DNA of 64,000 nt. Source: Bugula neritina. Its lineage: Eukaryota > Animalia > Bryozoa. A program made the translations under genes and the position numbers. How positions within the stretch are numbered: position 1 is the stretch's first letter; the number at the start of each line of letters is the position of its first letter. The notes below the pieces were generated by a model. It was not told the origin of the DNA. It did not search any database and worked only from the letters and a program-made list of their open reading frames with translations. The DNA is taken from NCBI GenBank assembly GCA_964035545.1, contig OZ037765.1, positions 23,311,504 through 23,375,503 of the forward strand. Reading direction: 5' to 3'. This document shows positions 1-14,100 of this stretch, in pieces.

Positions 1-628
1 GATGACAATACAGTAAGAAATCAGTGGCCTTTAGCACGTGTCGTAGAATGCAACCTGTCTCATGACAGCGTTGTTAGATCAGTTAAGGTGCTTGTTGGTA
101 GTAAAACATACCCCAAAGACTCCAATAAAAGAGTCTATTTAATTCGACCAATATCAAAATTAGTTGTACTAGTCCGATCGAGCTAAACATACATTCAAAA
201 TTACAAGTCACTTTTAGAAATTTCAGGTGGGAGTGTAATTAATTGGAATGCCAGTGAAATTTCTTGCTCTCATCAAAACAAACAAAGTTAACCAACGTGC
301 CCATAATTAGAAAACCATTACATTAGTCATGTATATGTAGCTGTTTTGCTTTTATAGCTATGACAAATTGCACACGAAAGTCAACAAGATTTCCTCATGT
401 GTATGATTTCACTATGACTAAGTTATATAAATAGTTTTTTACACCATCAGCTTCCTGAAATGATTCATCCATTGAAGTATATTTTACTCTCAGCTCTCAT
501 TCTATGCTACACTTTCAGTCAGCTAACATGTAGCATAAACTGCTGAGTAACTTTTCACTTATGTTATATTAAATATTTTGTTGCATTTAAATCAATATTG
601 TCAAAGTAGAGAATAAATACCTACTACA
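1..628 (+). mobile_element. 3' end of a BEL/Pao LTR retrotransposon (integrase C-terminus, PPT, 3' LTR)
   Basis: Frame +1, 1-186 reads DDNTVRNQWPLARVVE...VVRSVKV...LIRPISKLVVL*, the typical BEL/Pao Pol C-terminus. Polypurine tract GGTGGGAG at 226-233. LTR-like TGTAA...CTACA at 234-628 with AATAAA at 612. Confidence 0.85.
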
Positions 629-959
629 TTAACATCAAAGTTATAAGCTCCATTCCTGGATGGTCTAACAAGGTAATTATTGCTATTGTAGTATTTTTGA
701 CAATCATTTATGGCATTTGTATTATCCTTTTTTTAATATCAATTTTAATAATTTAGATGGTGTATACTGATTTTTATAGCAAGACTTGTTCTTTATTTGA
801 AGCTTATTAGTTAGTGTCAAATTATCACTGATAAAAGTTTTATCACATATTATCATTCATTATAGCATATTCACAATTTCATTAATTGTAGTTTTCACGA
901 CAGTTTTACCAATAAAACATCAGTAGAGACTGAAGACCACATTGTGCCTGTTTACAAAC

Positions 960-1610
960 CAGGGATGATAGTTTACACTTTTTGCAAAATTTTCAGCTTA
1001 TATAAGTTTTCTATTTGAAGAATGTTAGCTTTTTTAAAGAGAGGGGCTGTGTGATGCATAAAATCTTTTTTAAAAATATACCGTAAAATTCTATTTTGTA
1101 ATAGTAAAATTTTGTTGAGCGCAGTTTCTGAGGCATTACCCCATGAGTCCAGACAGTAACTTAATTTTGAATTAATTAGTGAGTTATATAAAATTATTAA
1201 AATCTCAGCAGATAAAAATTTCGAACATCGATATAGTAGACCAGATAACGGTCGTATTTGTAGTATTAAGTTATTTATATGATCATTCCAGTTCAAATGT
1301 GGGTCAATGTAGGCTATATCCCAAGGAATTTGATGGTATCTGCTTGAGTAATGAAAATGTTATTTAGTAAGATTTTATTAGTTTGTAAGGAAATTTTATT
1401 CTGAGGGTTTTTTAGCACAATGTATTTTGTTTTTGATATATTTATGGTTAATTTATTAGCTACACACCATTTATAAAACGATAGAAGATCTTTATTTATC
1501 CGGGGTATTATATTATTTAAGTCATTTGATTCGATAAAGAGATTAGTATCATCAGCATAGAGATAGGAGGTTAGATATTTTAAACTTTTGCTCATGTCAT
1601 TTACATAAAT
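960..1610 (-). mobile_element. Truncated non-LTR retrotransposon (CR1/L2-group LINE) RT fragment, frameshifted
   Basis: ORF 1314-1595 has YADDTNL, KWC..NKLTINISKTK and IKFLG. ORF 973-1296 has W..HI, LYNSLINSKLSYC..SWG, LQNRILR and HTAPLFK. These are RT core and thumb motifs of LINE ORF2. Confidence 0.88.
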
Positions 1611-2387
1611 GTGGTGGACGTATTAGTTAACAACCATGATAGCAATCTTATTAAGCATGATATGCTATTTAGTGTTTGCTATTTTGACAATTTTATTTGG
1701 AGTGCTTCTACTGTTATAATATACCAGTACATTATATGTTATTTATTACTTGTCACTTGTCATACATTACCAATTATAGGCATTGCACTTAAAACAATAT
1801 AATTTTTAGGGCAAATTATAGATGATAGACATGGTGGTACACAATCTAAATGCATGGACACAATTTATATAACTTTTTGGAATGTGGTGAACAACTGAAA
1901 TACATTTTATAAATCAACATATTCACTAGCTCATTTGGTTTGTGATTAAGTCAGTTAAACATAATACTTTTGCATAAAGTCAGTAAAACACAGGGCTTAT
2001 AGAGCAATATAAAAAGGGTCTTGCTAAAACTTTGTTTTACTGTAAATAAAAATTTCTCCCAATAGTGTATAAATATGCAAAGATTTCTATCGAAAATCTT
2101 TGTTTTTAAACATACTTTAAATTCAGGTATCTGCAAAAGATTAAATAAAAAATTTGACAAATAACTATCTAGCTTCAAGTTAATCCTTAACTAGTTTTAT
2201 ATTATTTATTTAACTTTTAGCTTCATAAACAATTGCAAATTTTCAATTTATAAAATGACAAATGTGAAAAAATATTTACCAGCTAAGTTTAAAAAAACTT
2301 CGAGTTTTTTATTAGTTATGCTAATATTATTGTTGTAGTTTTCCGTATGTACTACTAGTTTGGGTGTTATTGCATGCTGGTAACTAC

Positions 2388-3720
2388 TGTAAGGTTATGC
2401 GAAGAACCAAACTAGTTGATTGTCTAATTGTCTTTAAAGATAACTGTATTGTGAATCAATTACACACGATTAAAAATAAGCATTAAGTATAAAAGAGAGA
2501 AAGCGAGTACAATAGCTAAACAATTACCTAAAGTCAACCTAGTTTTTTACTACTACTGTCCAAGACTGACTGTGGGCGCCAGAAGGCGTTACTTATATAC
2601 ATAGAGTCGATCTTGATTAGATGACACAAGATTCCGGCGGTGCAGTCCGCAGTTGCTGGCGGTGTTGCCCGTGATTACTAGTATGGCACCGCCTGGAGAT
2701 ACGGCATGACTTAGGGTTGCCATTCCTGACCATAATCTATTGAGTTATGTTTAGCAGGGGGTACTGGGAGGTATACTTTCACTAACCATTACACCACCCT
2801 CTCCAGCAGGAAGCCCACTTTCTGATAATTCCAAAAACAGTGGGGCAGTATCAGAAAGATGAATAAAACATCAAAAAAACAGATTATACAAACAAATTTC
2901 AAAAGTACATACAATAAAACTATATTATTAAAATGAATATTCCGAAAGATTTGATTCACATTCTCGTGGCACAGCTACAACCCACATTCTAGCCAACTAC
3001 GTGGAGTCTGAAAAGAGCAGTAAGCAACTGCTATCAAAAAGTCAGAAAAGAACAAGATGAGTACAATATGTATATAGTAAAAATAATGTTCATACCCAGG
3101 AGGTGACATGACCTACGAACGTTTGGACCTCTTCTTCAGTTTATGCAGAGATTCCTTGAGTAGGTGCAACTCATTTGTAGCCGCCAGGACCTGGAGAGTC
3201 ATACAATAGAGCTGGTTTTTCAGGGTGGATATCCTGTCCTCTATCTCCCAGATGGATTTAGCAGTGGCAAATGTGGGTGCCGGAACCGGGGATGGGGAGT
3301 CTCTTCTCCTTCTCTTCTGAAATATAGATAACATAGAGTCTCGAGAGTGGGACCGCTGGACATGATGCTTAGCCGGGGTAGCATTTGTGTCAATCTTGTG
3401 TAACATCACCATTGGAGACTGACGAGGAAGGGAAAGGCAACTGACCTCTACCTCTGCTTTCTTGTGGTGTGGGGGCCTTGGTGTTGGTCCTTGCGTGATG
3501 GGGAGAGGGGTCGGGAACTTGTGAGACAGTCTCTAGTTTACCGGATCCCGTACTAGGGGTTTGGTGACGAAGAACTGTGTGAACGTCGACTGGTCTACGT
3601 CAAAATCATAACCTTGATACCTTAACTTTTCATTTGGCTTCCAGATTGGTTTGTGGTGTACTTGCTTTTCTTATAGAGCTCAGTATCAGTGTTTGCTGTA
3701 ACACATGACAATGTAAATGG
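2388..3720 (-). mobile_element. Decayed 3' end of an LTR retrotransposon: accessory ORF remnant, PPT and 3' LTR (2388-2793)
   Basis: On the minus strand, PPT GGAGAGGGTGG is immediately followed by TGTAATGG...CCTTACA (LTR with TATATAA). The upstream translation YQGYDFDVDQSTFTQF..P.VRDP and coiled-coil ORF 3113-3412 resemble the 28691 ORF. The LTR's far end is approximate. Confidence 0.7.
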
Positions 3721-5396
3721 CTCAATTTGGGGGGCTTGTGATAGTATATAATGGCATCATAAACTTATGGCTTAGAGAATCTATTAAACTAAACAAAAAA
3801 TGTAATAAGCTGAAGCGGAATAAGTGAGTTTAATATTTTTAACTAACGCATAATAATTTCTGGACGAAGGTGGAGCATGTGAGTTTTAAGGCGAGCTCCA
3901 CTACCTTCAAACTTTTTCAAAAAATCCTCCAACTTGATTGGCTCTGTAACTGAAGAATTGAAAAAAGGAGCTGCTTTTCTTGGCTGACTTCTATTACACT
4001 TTAGCATCAGCTGGTCTGTGGCTAATGAGAGAGGAGAAGCTGTCATGTAGGAAGCAGACTTTCCGTGCCAGCAGGCACCGGCACAACCACACTTATTTCA
4101 TGTTCAGGTTTTAGTTTTGGCATTTTTGTCACATATTTGTGTATTGGCTCGAGTGGTCTTACAGGAACCCAATTCTCTGTACACCTGATCTTCACTCTGT
4201 TTTAGCTGATAAATTGTTTAGTATGATATCACATAAATGTAAAGGGACATAAGTTAAAAGAATCTCTACCTCCTTTAAACCTTTCTCCTTCTCATTCTTG
4301 CTGATACAAAACATTCTATAAACACATGCTAGCATTTAAAAATAATTGCTGTTGCATTAAGCTGCATATGGTGTACTATAATATTAAAACACTCATATAT
4401 ATCTATAGATTAAAGTCTTAAACATCACATTTAGTACTTGAACTACCAACATATCAATGTTATTGGATTCACAGGAAACATGTCTGTATAAAACTTCTTC
4501 TTACCTCTGAATCCTGCCCTGACTGCTCACAGCTCTATTTTGCAACCAAGGACACTCTTTGAAGATGAGACTAAGTACAACACAATCATAAAAAATTACC
4601 TCCCACTTGCTGTAACGAATGATTATCCTACTCACAGTAAATCTTTACCTAATTGTATTGCTGCAAAAGCTTAGCAAATTAAAACAAAAACATCATATGC
4701 ATAAAAGTGTCAAATGAATTATTACTTACTGATACAACTTTTCGGCAACAAGAATGGATGCCAGCAAGAGAATTAGGGAAACCAGTATAAACGAGAACAT
4801 ATTAAAATTTATGTAATTAACAGTTGCAAAGGAGATTTACATTTCGTAACACCAATAATTAAACTGCTATTCTGTGAACTCTGTAAACTCTGTAAACTCG
4901 AAATTAAGGCATCGTTGTGTTATTCATTATGTCATCCTTTATTATTGAACATTTTTTGAATATTTTGTTCTGCTTATTTAATAATCTATTCAGGTAACAA
5001 TAATACAAGCATACATTGTTTAGATGTGAATGCAGTTAGAACCTCCTCATGCATTTTGAAGGCAAAACTCTTGTAGCTAAATTATTATCGTGCATTTTTA
5101 TATAATAAAAATAAATTTGCGAAACAATATTTCCTCAACACTTCACCAATGCACATTATTAAGCTCATTGCCTTCTTTTGGGTGACACCCCATGATCTTT
5201 TCAATGTGACTAGTTTATTTGATGTTCCGGAATGCTACAGGAAGTTTCACTGTAGCTGAATAGTTTGAACGACAGGCATGCTCTGTATACATGCACTAGT
5301 GCTCGTTTACTTCCTATACAGATAATGTTTGAATGTAAGTCAGCATACTCTAATTAACTTGTATTATAATATTAGTTGTCTTTGAAATAATGGTAG

Positions 5397-5515
5397 GTGT
5401 TTCAAATAGGAACGGATGACTTAGTTAGTTTCTACAAAAGTGGGACAACTACAAACAAGGATTTGTTAATCTAAGTGAAGAGTTCTGGCTAGGAAATGAC
5501 AAGTGGGTAAACAAC
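5397..5515 (+). pseudogene. Isolated degenerate exon-3 remnant of a fibrinogen-related gene
   Basis: tggtag|GTGTTTCAAA...TTCTACAAAAGTGGGACAACTAC...GAGTTCTGGCTAGGAAATGAC matches exon 3 of the cluster genes, with indels and a stop. Confidence 0.75.
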
Positions 5516-6046
5516 TTCAACTTGATGTAGGTTATACACATCTGAACTTTGTCAATGAAAAATAAAAGGCTCAAATAAAAGTTTTGGTAATTAAATTAGT
5601 TTGACTAATAGAAGTTAAAAAAGCTATTAATTTATAAAATGTAAATTATATAAAACCCTGCAAAAATGCCAAAAGATAGCAGAAAGTTGTATATTGATAA
5701 TCATGTTATTTATTATTTATTATTTTAAACATGAAAATACATTTAAATATAATAATATTTAAGGAAAAAAATATTACTTTATTATACCTCAATGTGAAAT
5801 TATGCAAAAAAATTTTATAGGCTTGCTATCTATTCTGAAAAACAGCCTGCAGTGACACTAGCAAAATTACTTGCTTAAACATTTGAGTTAATTTTTTCAA
5901 AATTCAGCTTGCAGTAATAGCTTATTATATAACTAAGTATTTTAGCAGTAATTTTTGCTAATGTAATTTTTATAAATACTCAAAATTAACTAATATGATA
6001 GTGACAGTAGCTGAAAATTGTGTATGCTGAAAATGCTATATCATAT

Positions 6047-6560
6047 CCCAACTAACAAGAGATATTTATACAACGTTTGGATGTGTTGTCAGAAGGTTCA
6101 GTTCACAACATTAATATCAAACATTTCCGTTTAACGTTATGGTAATGTTTGATAACTGTTTAAAGTCAACATTTTAGTCAAACATTTAACAAATGTTAAG
6201 AAAAGTTGTTGTATAAAAGTATATCACAACGTTCAATAAATGTTTGACCCAAACGTTGTAACAAAACAGCCATTAAACGTTGGTAGAATGTTTCAAAGCA
6301 ACGTTTGTTCCAAGCATAAAATTAACGTTATAACCCAACATTTAATAAATGTATTTTTCAAAGGTTTATAAAATGTTTAAAAAAAAGGTTGTATTAATGT
6401 TTTTTTCAAAATATTCTATCAATGTTTTGCCGAAAGTGTTTCAATAAAACATTAATACAACGTTCATACAACATTTCAATACAATGTTTATTTCAAACGT
6501 AACACAATGTTTTAATCCAACGTTCAATAAATGATTTTTACCAAGGTTAATAGAATATTA
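6047..6560 (+). repeat. Non-autonomous DNA-transposon-like fragment with many AACGTT/AATGTT/AACATT motifs
   Basis: Starts CCCAACTAACAA and is densely packed with palindromic AACGTT-type hexamers. No matching right end was found nearby. Confidence 0.45.
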
Positions 6561-7820
6561 GAGCTCATCATATATAACCAATTTGGGGTATTGGTCTTTT
6601 TTCCACACTAGCTGACAAAATTGGAAAGAAATAATAGGCAGTGCTGTTTGAAAATCGAAAACATGACTTAAATTATTATTTGAATGTTTTTAGAAAAAGT
6701 AACTAGTTTTTTATCAAAACAGTAACTATATGCCGAAGTTAGTATATAAACCTACTTTTACTTGCGTCACTGTTCTCTATCGTGTACGAAAGTTAAGTAT
6801 TTTATGTTAATATAGGACCAACATGGAACTGACTATATTAGTAGGTATATTTTTAGAACATTAAAACACTGCTTATATACTGTTATGTTTTGTTTTTCGC
6901 TGTGAAAATATGAATTTGAAGTAGCTTGTGTATGTATATGTCTGTATTAATAGAGCACTAGCAGGCAACTGACTAACATGTAAAACAGGGATGAGTAAAT
7001 ACAATGACAACTGGTCATGTGGTAATAATAGGCGAGTAACAGTTAATTGCATAAGAAGGAATGACAAACCACTAATAAGAATATGTGTATATATAATGGC
7101 AAACAAATATATGACAGAACTAAGCTGCTAGTCAGGTTATGTAATTGCAAGAGTATTTATACGTATGCATCATATACAACCTAAGCTTTTATATGTAAGT
7201 TTTTAACAACTATAAAAAGACTGAAGTACTACATAAGGTGTTTTTGATGCAATACTTATGCATATATTCTTTGGCATTAGGTCATAAATTTGCACCTCCC
7301 AAATGCTTGAAGTCGTATGTGTGTGCAAAAGTGTTATCATATAAATTAGAAGAATTACAATAGTTGGTGTGATTGCGCAGCAACTTCTTTACCATTTCTA
7401 TAAACACTTAATAGCTTCTTTTGCAGGAAAAAGTTGTAGAGAATGTTATTTTCTGATCCGCGCTATGGACGATTAGGTCTCAGATGGACAATTCATATAG
7501 CAGTTTGTGGAATTTTAGCATTATTGTCAAAATTTGCATGTTTTGAAATCTTAAGCAGGTGATCTTATAAAGGCTTAGTTCTTAGACATTTTTATATTAT
7601 GCATGATAACCATATTATTTTATAGATTGTTTAATTATAGTCTGCAGGTTTGTTAAGTTTTATGCCTTTTTTATAGAATTGCTTCACTCAAAAGTGTAAC
7701 ATCAACAAATCTTTGGTGTTTGAATTTTTGCAAAACACGGTATTTATTGCTAAAGAAAACATAACAGTAATAGTTTTATTTACCAAGTTGAATGGTTTCT
7801 ATTTATTTAAACATCCAGTT

Positions 7821-9610
7821 TTACAAACTTGCTCGAAATTTCATTTCAGTTTTCTCCAAAGGACTTAAATATCCAAAACCTTTCCAAACAACTCCATCAG
7901 AATGATCATTTTGACCATTATAGTAGTACTTGCCATTCAAATTAGAAGCCATGCAAGTGTTGTACCACCAGGCACCGTGATGGTTAATTGCACAGTGACC
8001 TTTGTTAGCATCATAATCACGATCCTTTGTTGAAAATCTTTTTCCATTGTGGTTGGTTAAACTGTCTCCTTAAAAATTCAATTTTTTCTCATAATTAAAT
8101 CTTATCATAAAAGTGTTTTGAAAGGACCTATTATATAGACAAGAAAAATTGATCTAATTGTTAACTTGTGATTTTAGCCATGCAATGGAAAAAACTGTGA
8201 TAAAACTTTCAGTCCTCAACCATATTCATATAACAACATATCAGCAGGAAATTAGATGTATATCACCATGAGTTATATGAAACAATTGGTTTTATAGTAA
8301 AAGTTTAGGCAGTATTGATATCCTGAACTTAACTAATTGACACATAGTATCCTTTCAAATCATTGGCTCTTAGGTTATTAGGTCATTAACTTGTATAGTT
8401 TTTACTTTTAATAGAAACTTACCTGCTGTCCCAGTATAGCCTGACACTGAGAGCAAATATTTAGTGGATTCATCACCAACATTGAAGCTGCTGAACTTAG
8501 CATAGGCCAACTCATTATCAAAATTTTCTATGTCAACCCTCAACTCATGATTGTCATTGGCTTGCAGAGCGGCTGCCAGATTGTCATTTCCAAGCCAGAA
8601 CTCTCCACTCAGATTACCAAATCCTATTTTGTAGTCATTCCACACTTTGTAGAAATCTACTGAACCATCCATTCTTCTTTGGAACACCTATTTTACATTG
8701 GAAGTAGGTTTGACATTCAACAACCATACAAACTAAATAAGCAGTTTAAAGTAAACGATTTATTCATTTTGTTTTATTTACAAAAATACTGTTTTGCATG
8801 TTTGAAAGAAAATTGTATTTAGCAAAATGGCCCCAGTATATCAAGAATAGAAATATAATATCGCTAAATCAAATGTACTAGAAAATTGTTTATGCATGCT
8901 AAAATCCTGCATATATCATTGTTTTTAACTACTATATAATATAATACATGGAGGTAATCATTTACAATCAGTAAAATAATACTTACAGTCCATCCACCTC
9001 CATCAGTTTCCTGGTCACAGAAGACATCAATTGAAGAGTCAGCATGTCCTGTAGGGTAGATTGTGTAAACACCAGTCTCATTATGACCAAGACACAGCAA
9101 ATCTAAGCATGATGTAGGTTTACATACAGTTTTCGTCTTCAGTCTCTCATAGCAATACTCTTCCACATCACATTCCAACTGTAAACACAATGTGCAACAG
9201 TATAGTACAGTTACCAGCAGAAAGAATTATTCATGAACTGTGTTTATAATAAATTGTTTTTACAATTAAAATGTTGTGTTTTAATTACCCTTCTAACAAT
9301 ATATTAATATATGGTGTTTCTAGGCAACAAAATAATTATGATCAGGGTATGTTCGAATGCTTGCTCTAATATTCCTAGTCTGATTGTCAGATTTAAACAT
9401 TTTTATATCTGTTTTCATGTCAAAATTATAGTTATCAAATCATTTATGTATTTACTAAAATAATCTTATCTAGGAGACTATCTATATAAAATAGTAATTT
9501 AAAAAATTCCTTATATACTGTAGATCACTTTTTAGAATAGCTAGTTCTGTAATACTTACTGCATGAAGAGAAGCTACTAACAAAAGTGTAAATAAAATAT
9601 ACACTTGCAT
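7821..9610 (-). CDS. Gene A: secreted fibrinogen-related (FReD) lectin-like protein, 251 aa, 4 exons, apparently intact
   Basis: Exons 9610-9560 ([17 protein letters not shown], signal peptide), 9178-8987, 8687-8423 and 8068-7821. GT-AG introns with phases 0/0/1 are consistent. Motifs: [53 protein letters not shown]. Confidence 0.92.
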
Positions 9611-9696
9611 GTTTCCAGTGATTTCTATGCAGTAAACTACAAGAATATATAGTTCTACAACACAGACTCAAGTGTAGAATACGGCAAACTCTTTAG

Positions 9697-9720
9697 TTTA
9701 TATACTTTCTGCTAGCCAAT
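9697..9720 (-). promoter_or_regulatory. Core promoter of gene A: inverted CCAAT box plus TATA box
   Basis: Minus strand ATTGG-ctagcagaaag-TATATAAA, about 90 nt upstream of the ATG; conserved in the paralogues. Confidence 0.65.
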
Positions 9721-10261
9721 CAAATTCAACCATGTTTGCTATCGGTATTTTGGAATGAAGATATTCTCTTGAAAAAAAACCAGCATATTATTTACTTCTT
9801 GTTTTAAATTCTGTGTTTTTATTTTCAGTAAATAATAAATCTTTTATAATAGCTGCTGAATGACAGAAAGTTGATGAATCAGTAATGTACATTTCTATAG
9901 TTAATTCTATAAATTGGAGGTTTTTTCGATTCGTAATAAACTCTAACATAATGGTCATATTATATGAGAAATGCTTCCTAAAAATATAATTTTCTACAAC
10001 CATACTCAATAATGTAATATTGCTTAAAAATTCTGAAAAATAGATTCAGACAGCATCCACCTGCTGGAAAAGATCCATTGCTTTTAGTGTCCCTCTTACT
10101 ACATTAGGTAAGAAATAGTTTATCGGAAAAACCCAATTACATGACATTGTGACATTTTATACAACATTCAGGTTTTTATTATCTATAATTTATCCTCAGC
10201 AGTAAAAATCATATTTCATACAACATGAAAACATTGTAAAGTTTTAGTACTAAATCAATTA

Positions 10262-10990
10262 GGGGAGAGGAGGGTAGTTGAACCACAGGGTTATAGTTGA
10301 ACCACACATGCTCTAAATTTTCTCTTTTAAATCATTACACTATTTTACCTCCTTTATTTAGGAGCGTTTTAGGTGAACTATCAGTCATGCAGAATTGTAT
10401 AACATCAAAGCAGAAGTTTTCAGGTGAGGGAGTCTTTTTTACATCTTTTGCATAAAAACTGAGCAAACTAATAATTTATTTTTTTGTAAAAAGTTGCATA
10501 GCTTCTCAAATTTTAAGAGCCCATTCAAATAACTCCAGGCATGTTTTATCACCATGCTTTTAAAGCCGAGCAATTTGGCCTAAAGTTACAGAGATATATC
10601 TCATTCACAGCAGATAGTGACAATGATCTGTAGTGTGACAGTGTGGGCCTAGTTGAACCACATAGAAAGTGGGGCAAGTTGAACCAGGTACAACTTACCT
10701 CACTATATATTTTTGCTATATGTTGAATATCATTGGGCACACCAGCTTTTACATTTAAGCTTATAGTTTTCTTAATTAAAGTCATTTTTCCATCAATATA
10801 TAAATCTAAACATATATTTATAGTCCTATTGTAGATGAAATGAAAAGTTAGGTCAATTAACAATGCAGTTTAACTATAATGCAGATGTTTTTAGAATGCT
10901 GCCAAATTTTACAGTAAAAACAAACCCAGGGGAACAGATGAGAAAAGTTCAACTGCAGCAACAAGCTTGGTAAGTCATCTGGTTCTAAGT
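10262..10990 (+). mobile_element. Left part of a pogo/Tc1-mariner-like DNA transposon (right end lost)
   Basis: Starts TA|GGGGAGAGGAGGG. The motif GTTGAACCA is repeated at 10277, 10296, 10652 and 10678 (paired terminal and subterminal sites). The 3' boundary is approximate. Confidence 0.45.
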
Positions 10991-11100
10991 TGAGAGCCTT
11001 CAAACAGCCCTCTAAAAAATTTGTGTATAGTTGTGTAATTTTTGATGTCATCTGAGAGAACCCCACTTTTTGACCACTTTTTGGGAGGTTACTTCTAGAC

Positions 11101-14100
11101 TAGTCTAGAAGTAACCTCCAATTATCTTCCACTCATTACACTTCGAGGGGTGGCCACACAATTTTTTTAGGAATGGAGAGTTTGAAGGGTTTTAATTAAT
11201 CTGTGAAAACTCTAGACTGTTCTGTGCACCCAGTTAGCCAAAAAAGCGCTTCAAACTTTTAAATTGAATCAGGAGTTGTCTTCTCTTAACATTTTGTGAA
11301 TCGGCTAAATATCTTGGAGTTATTCAAGCTAATTTATTTTATATAGGCAAAATAATTTTGCTGATAATTATAGATACTTTTCTCAATCTTTTGTTATAAA
11401 AACTCTAAATTTTTCTGTCCACCCAGTTAGTCACAAAAGCTCTTTAAAATGTTACAGGAGTTGTTTCCCCACAACTTTGTCCAAATCTTGGAATTATTGA
11501 AGCTAGTTTGTTATATATACAAGCAAAAACTTTTGCAGATAATCATAGATGTATTTTTCACTTCTCTGAGTTGAATTCTAGTGATTTCCTTGTGAAAACA
11601 TCTGAAAAAAGTGGACTATATGGACGAAAACAAGCAAAGGAATGGGTTTTCTAGTTATAAGGCAAACATTATTATTGATCGATATCAGCAATAAAAAAGC
11701 CGAATTATAAGTAAGTCTGTGTCTGATAATGATTTTCTTCACGATTTTTATTATAATAACTATTTTTACAAAAAAAGTAATGAGAAGCATGGGTAGGTTG
11801 GTCTGGACTCCGGAAAACAATATTTTAAATGTGTATGATTGAGCTTTGCCAATAAATTTAAGCTGAACTATATATATAAATAAGCAATTTGGTTTTTAAA
11901 ACAATGCTATTGGTTAAAATGCATATTTTTATACTATCTTGATATAATGACTCTAGAGTCAATTTAGCTCACTTATAGTTACAGAAGAAATACCCTAAAG
12001 CTAATTCCATATAATTTAAAATATATGTGATTATATTTAGGCCACCCATTAGAAAAATGACCTTGAGCTGCCTTATTCAAAAATCATAGGCATATGTACT
12101 TTTTTCATGTGTGCCATTTGTCACAAAAATAATAATTTCTTATCAGCAAATAAAACAAGCTGAGTTTGAGACTGGTGCATTTTTGTGTGAAACATGGAGT
12201 AAACATATTTTAGAGAACAATATTATTATTATTATAGTTGTTGCATACCAAAAAAAATTTGCATTTAGCTAGAATTTTTTGAATATATGGTGGCATTTTT
12301 AAAAAAGCAGAACTCAAATGCTTACAATTAGATCATGAGGAAGCAGATATGCACAAACTTTATTACATGCAAAATATCTCAAGACACTGATGTTTTCATC
12401 ATAAGTCTCGCTATATTTGCAAAACATTACCTTCTTACCAACTATATTTTTTCACGGGTGTGGTAATCATGGTGTAATGCCAGATAGAGGCTAGGCTAAC
12501 TTTCCTACTTAGATGATAGTTATTTATTTTGGTAAAATGTATTCTCATGTGCAACTTATTTTAATATCATTGAAATATATGTATATTTAAATAAACTTGG
12601 ATCAATTGCTTGTTATTTAGCACATAAATAAATTCCTTTGATCCGCATTAACTTATTAATTTTGTATATCTTATACATCTTGCCTGTTGTTTAAAAAGAT
12701 ATTTTGTTAAAAAGTATCACTTAAAGATAGTGTCTATTATTAATGTATTACTACTTTTTGTCCCACACAAATTCATAAAAATAATAGAATATTATTTTAG
12801 ATAATTCATGTTAGCTACTATAGCTATTAGCATATTAGCTATTTAGCAATCAATACAACAGTTATATAATATAGGTAATATTAATATATATGGTAACAAA
12901 ATAAAAATAGCGTCTATCTGGGAGGAAACCATAATCATATTAGGTATTTGAATATCAATTAACATTGCAGCAAATAAATCCGGACTGCAGTTGTGTGCAG
13001 CACTTACTAGATTTCATGCTTTAACAAGTTGTGATTCGACTATAGTGCTTTTTATGGAAATGGATAGCGCACAGCCTACTCTCTTTTGGGAAAATATCCC
13101 GAATGTATGGGAAACTTTGAACATCTCGGGAAGTATTTCAAGCTGTCAGCCATTACAGTGGCTGAAGTAGAACAATTTGTCTATAAACTTTATGGAGCAG
13201 GAAATTCAAATATAGATGATGTCCAATACGCTGTATTTTGTTCACCGTCTAAAATTACTCAATACAGTTTGCCTCCAACAAAAGATGAATTAAATTTTCG
13301 TGTAAAAAGAGCAGATTATCAGGCAACAATTTGGAGAAAGGTGACAACAGCCTATATTGATGCACCACCCCCAGAACATTATGAAAGCGCTGTTGAGAAT
13401 CATGGCAGCATAAATATAAAGTGGATGATTCAAGCTTCCGCACCTGAACATGTATATTGCAAAGTTTAAACTGCTCCTGTAAGACTAGCTGCAACATATT
13501 AAGATGTGGATGTCAGAAGTCTCAAATGCAGTGCATGCACTGATGTTCGTCAATGTAAGGATTGTCTGAAAAGAAGCTCTATATTGGGGAAAAAGAAGCT
13601 GATGAAACTGACGGCATGCGTGACAATGATGGCGAGAATACTTTTTCATAATGAAGCACTATTTTTAGACATTTGTTATATATTTTTTTGCAACCAATTT
13701 GATTTTGATCATCTCTCATGCTTCTGATTCTCTAAATAGTTTTACAGAATCTTTTTGACTTTTGCAGATGTCTAACGGCTACTGACAGACTAGCAAATGA
13801 TTCACTTGGGCTGTGCTTAAAAGATTTCAATATTTATTCATTTCAAGATTTATTTTGTGCTATAATTTTATAAATATAGTTTTTTCACACATCTGCATGA
13901 CTTTGTTTTATTTTTGTATAAATAGCTTGGTCATACAATTATTCTGCATGCAATATGGCGATTCATAACAAACATATACGTTTATATAAACAACTTGGTT
14001 TTAATTTGAGTTTTGGTATTTCAGCAAATATTTTTTCTTCAAGATAGCTTGTTAAAATTGGATACTATTTTGCACAATCCACATTTCTTTTTATCACCCA

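Noticed and set aside
8864-9190. ORF-track starts MCLQLEC... and MFQRR... as independent genes
   Set aside because: These are TTG/GTG pseudo-starts at splice acceptors; they are exons 2 and 3.
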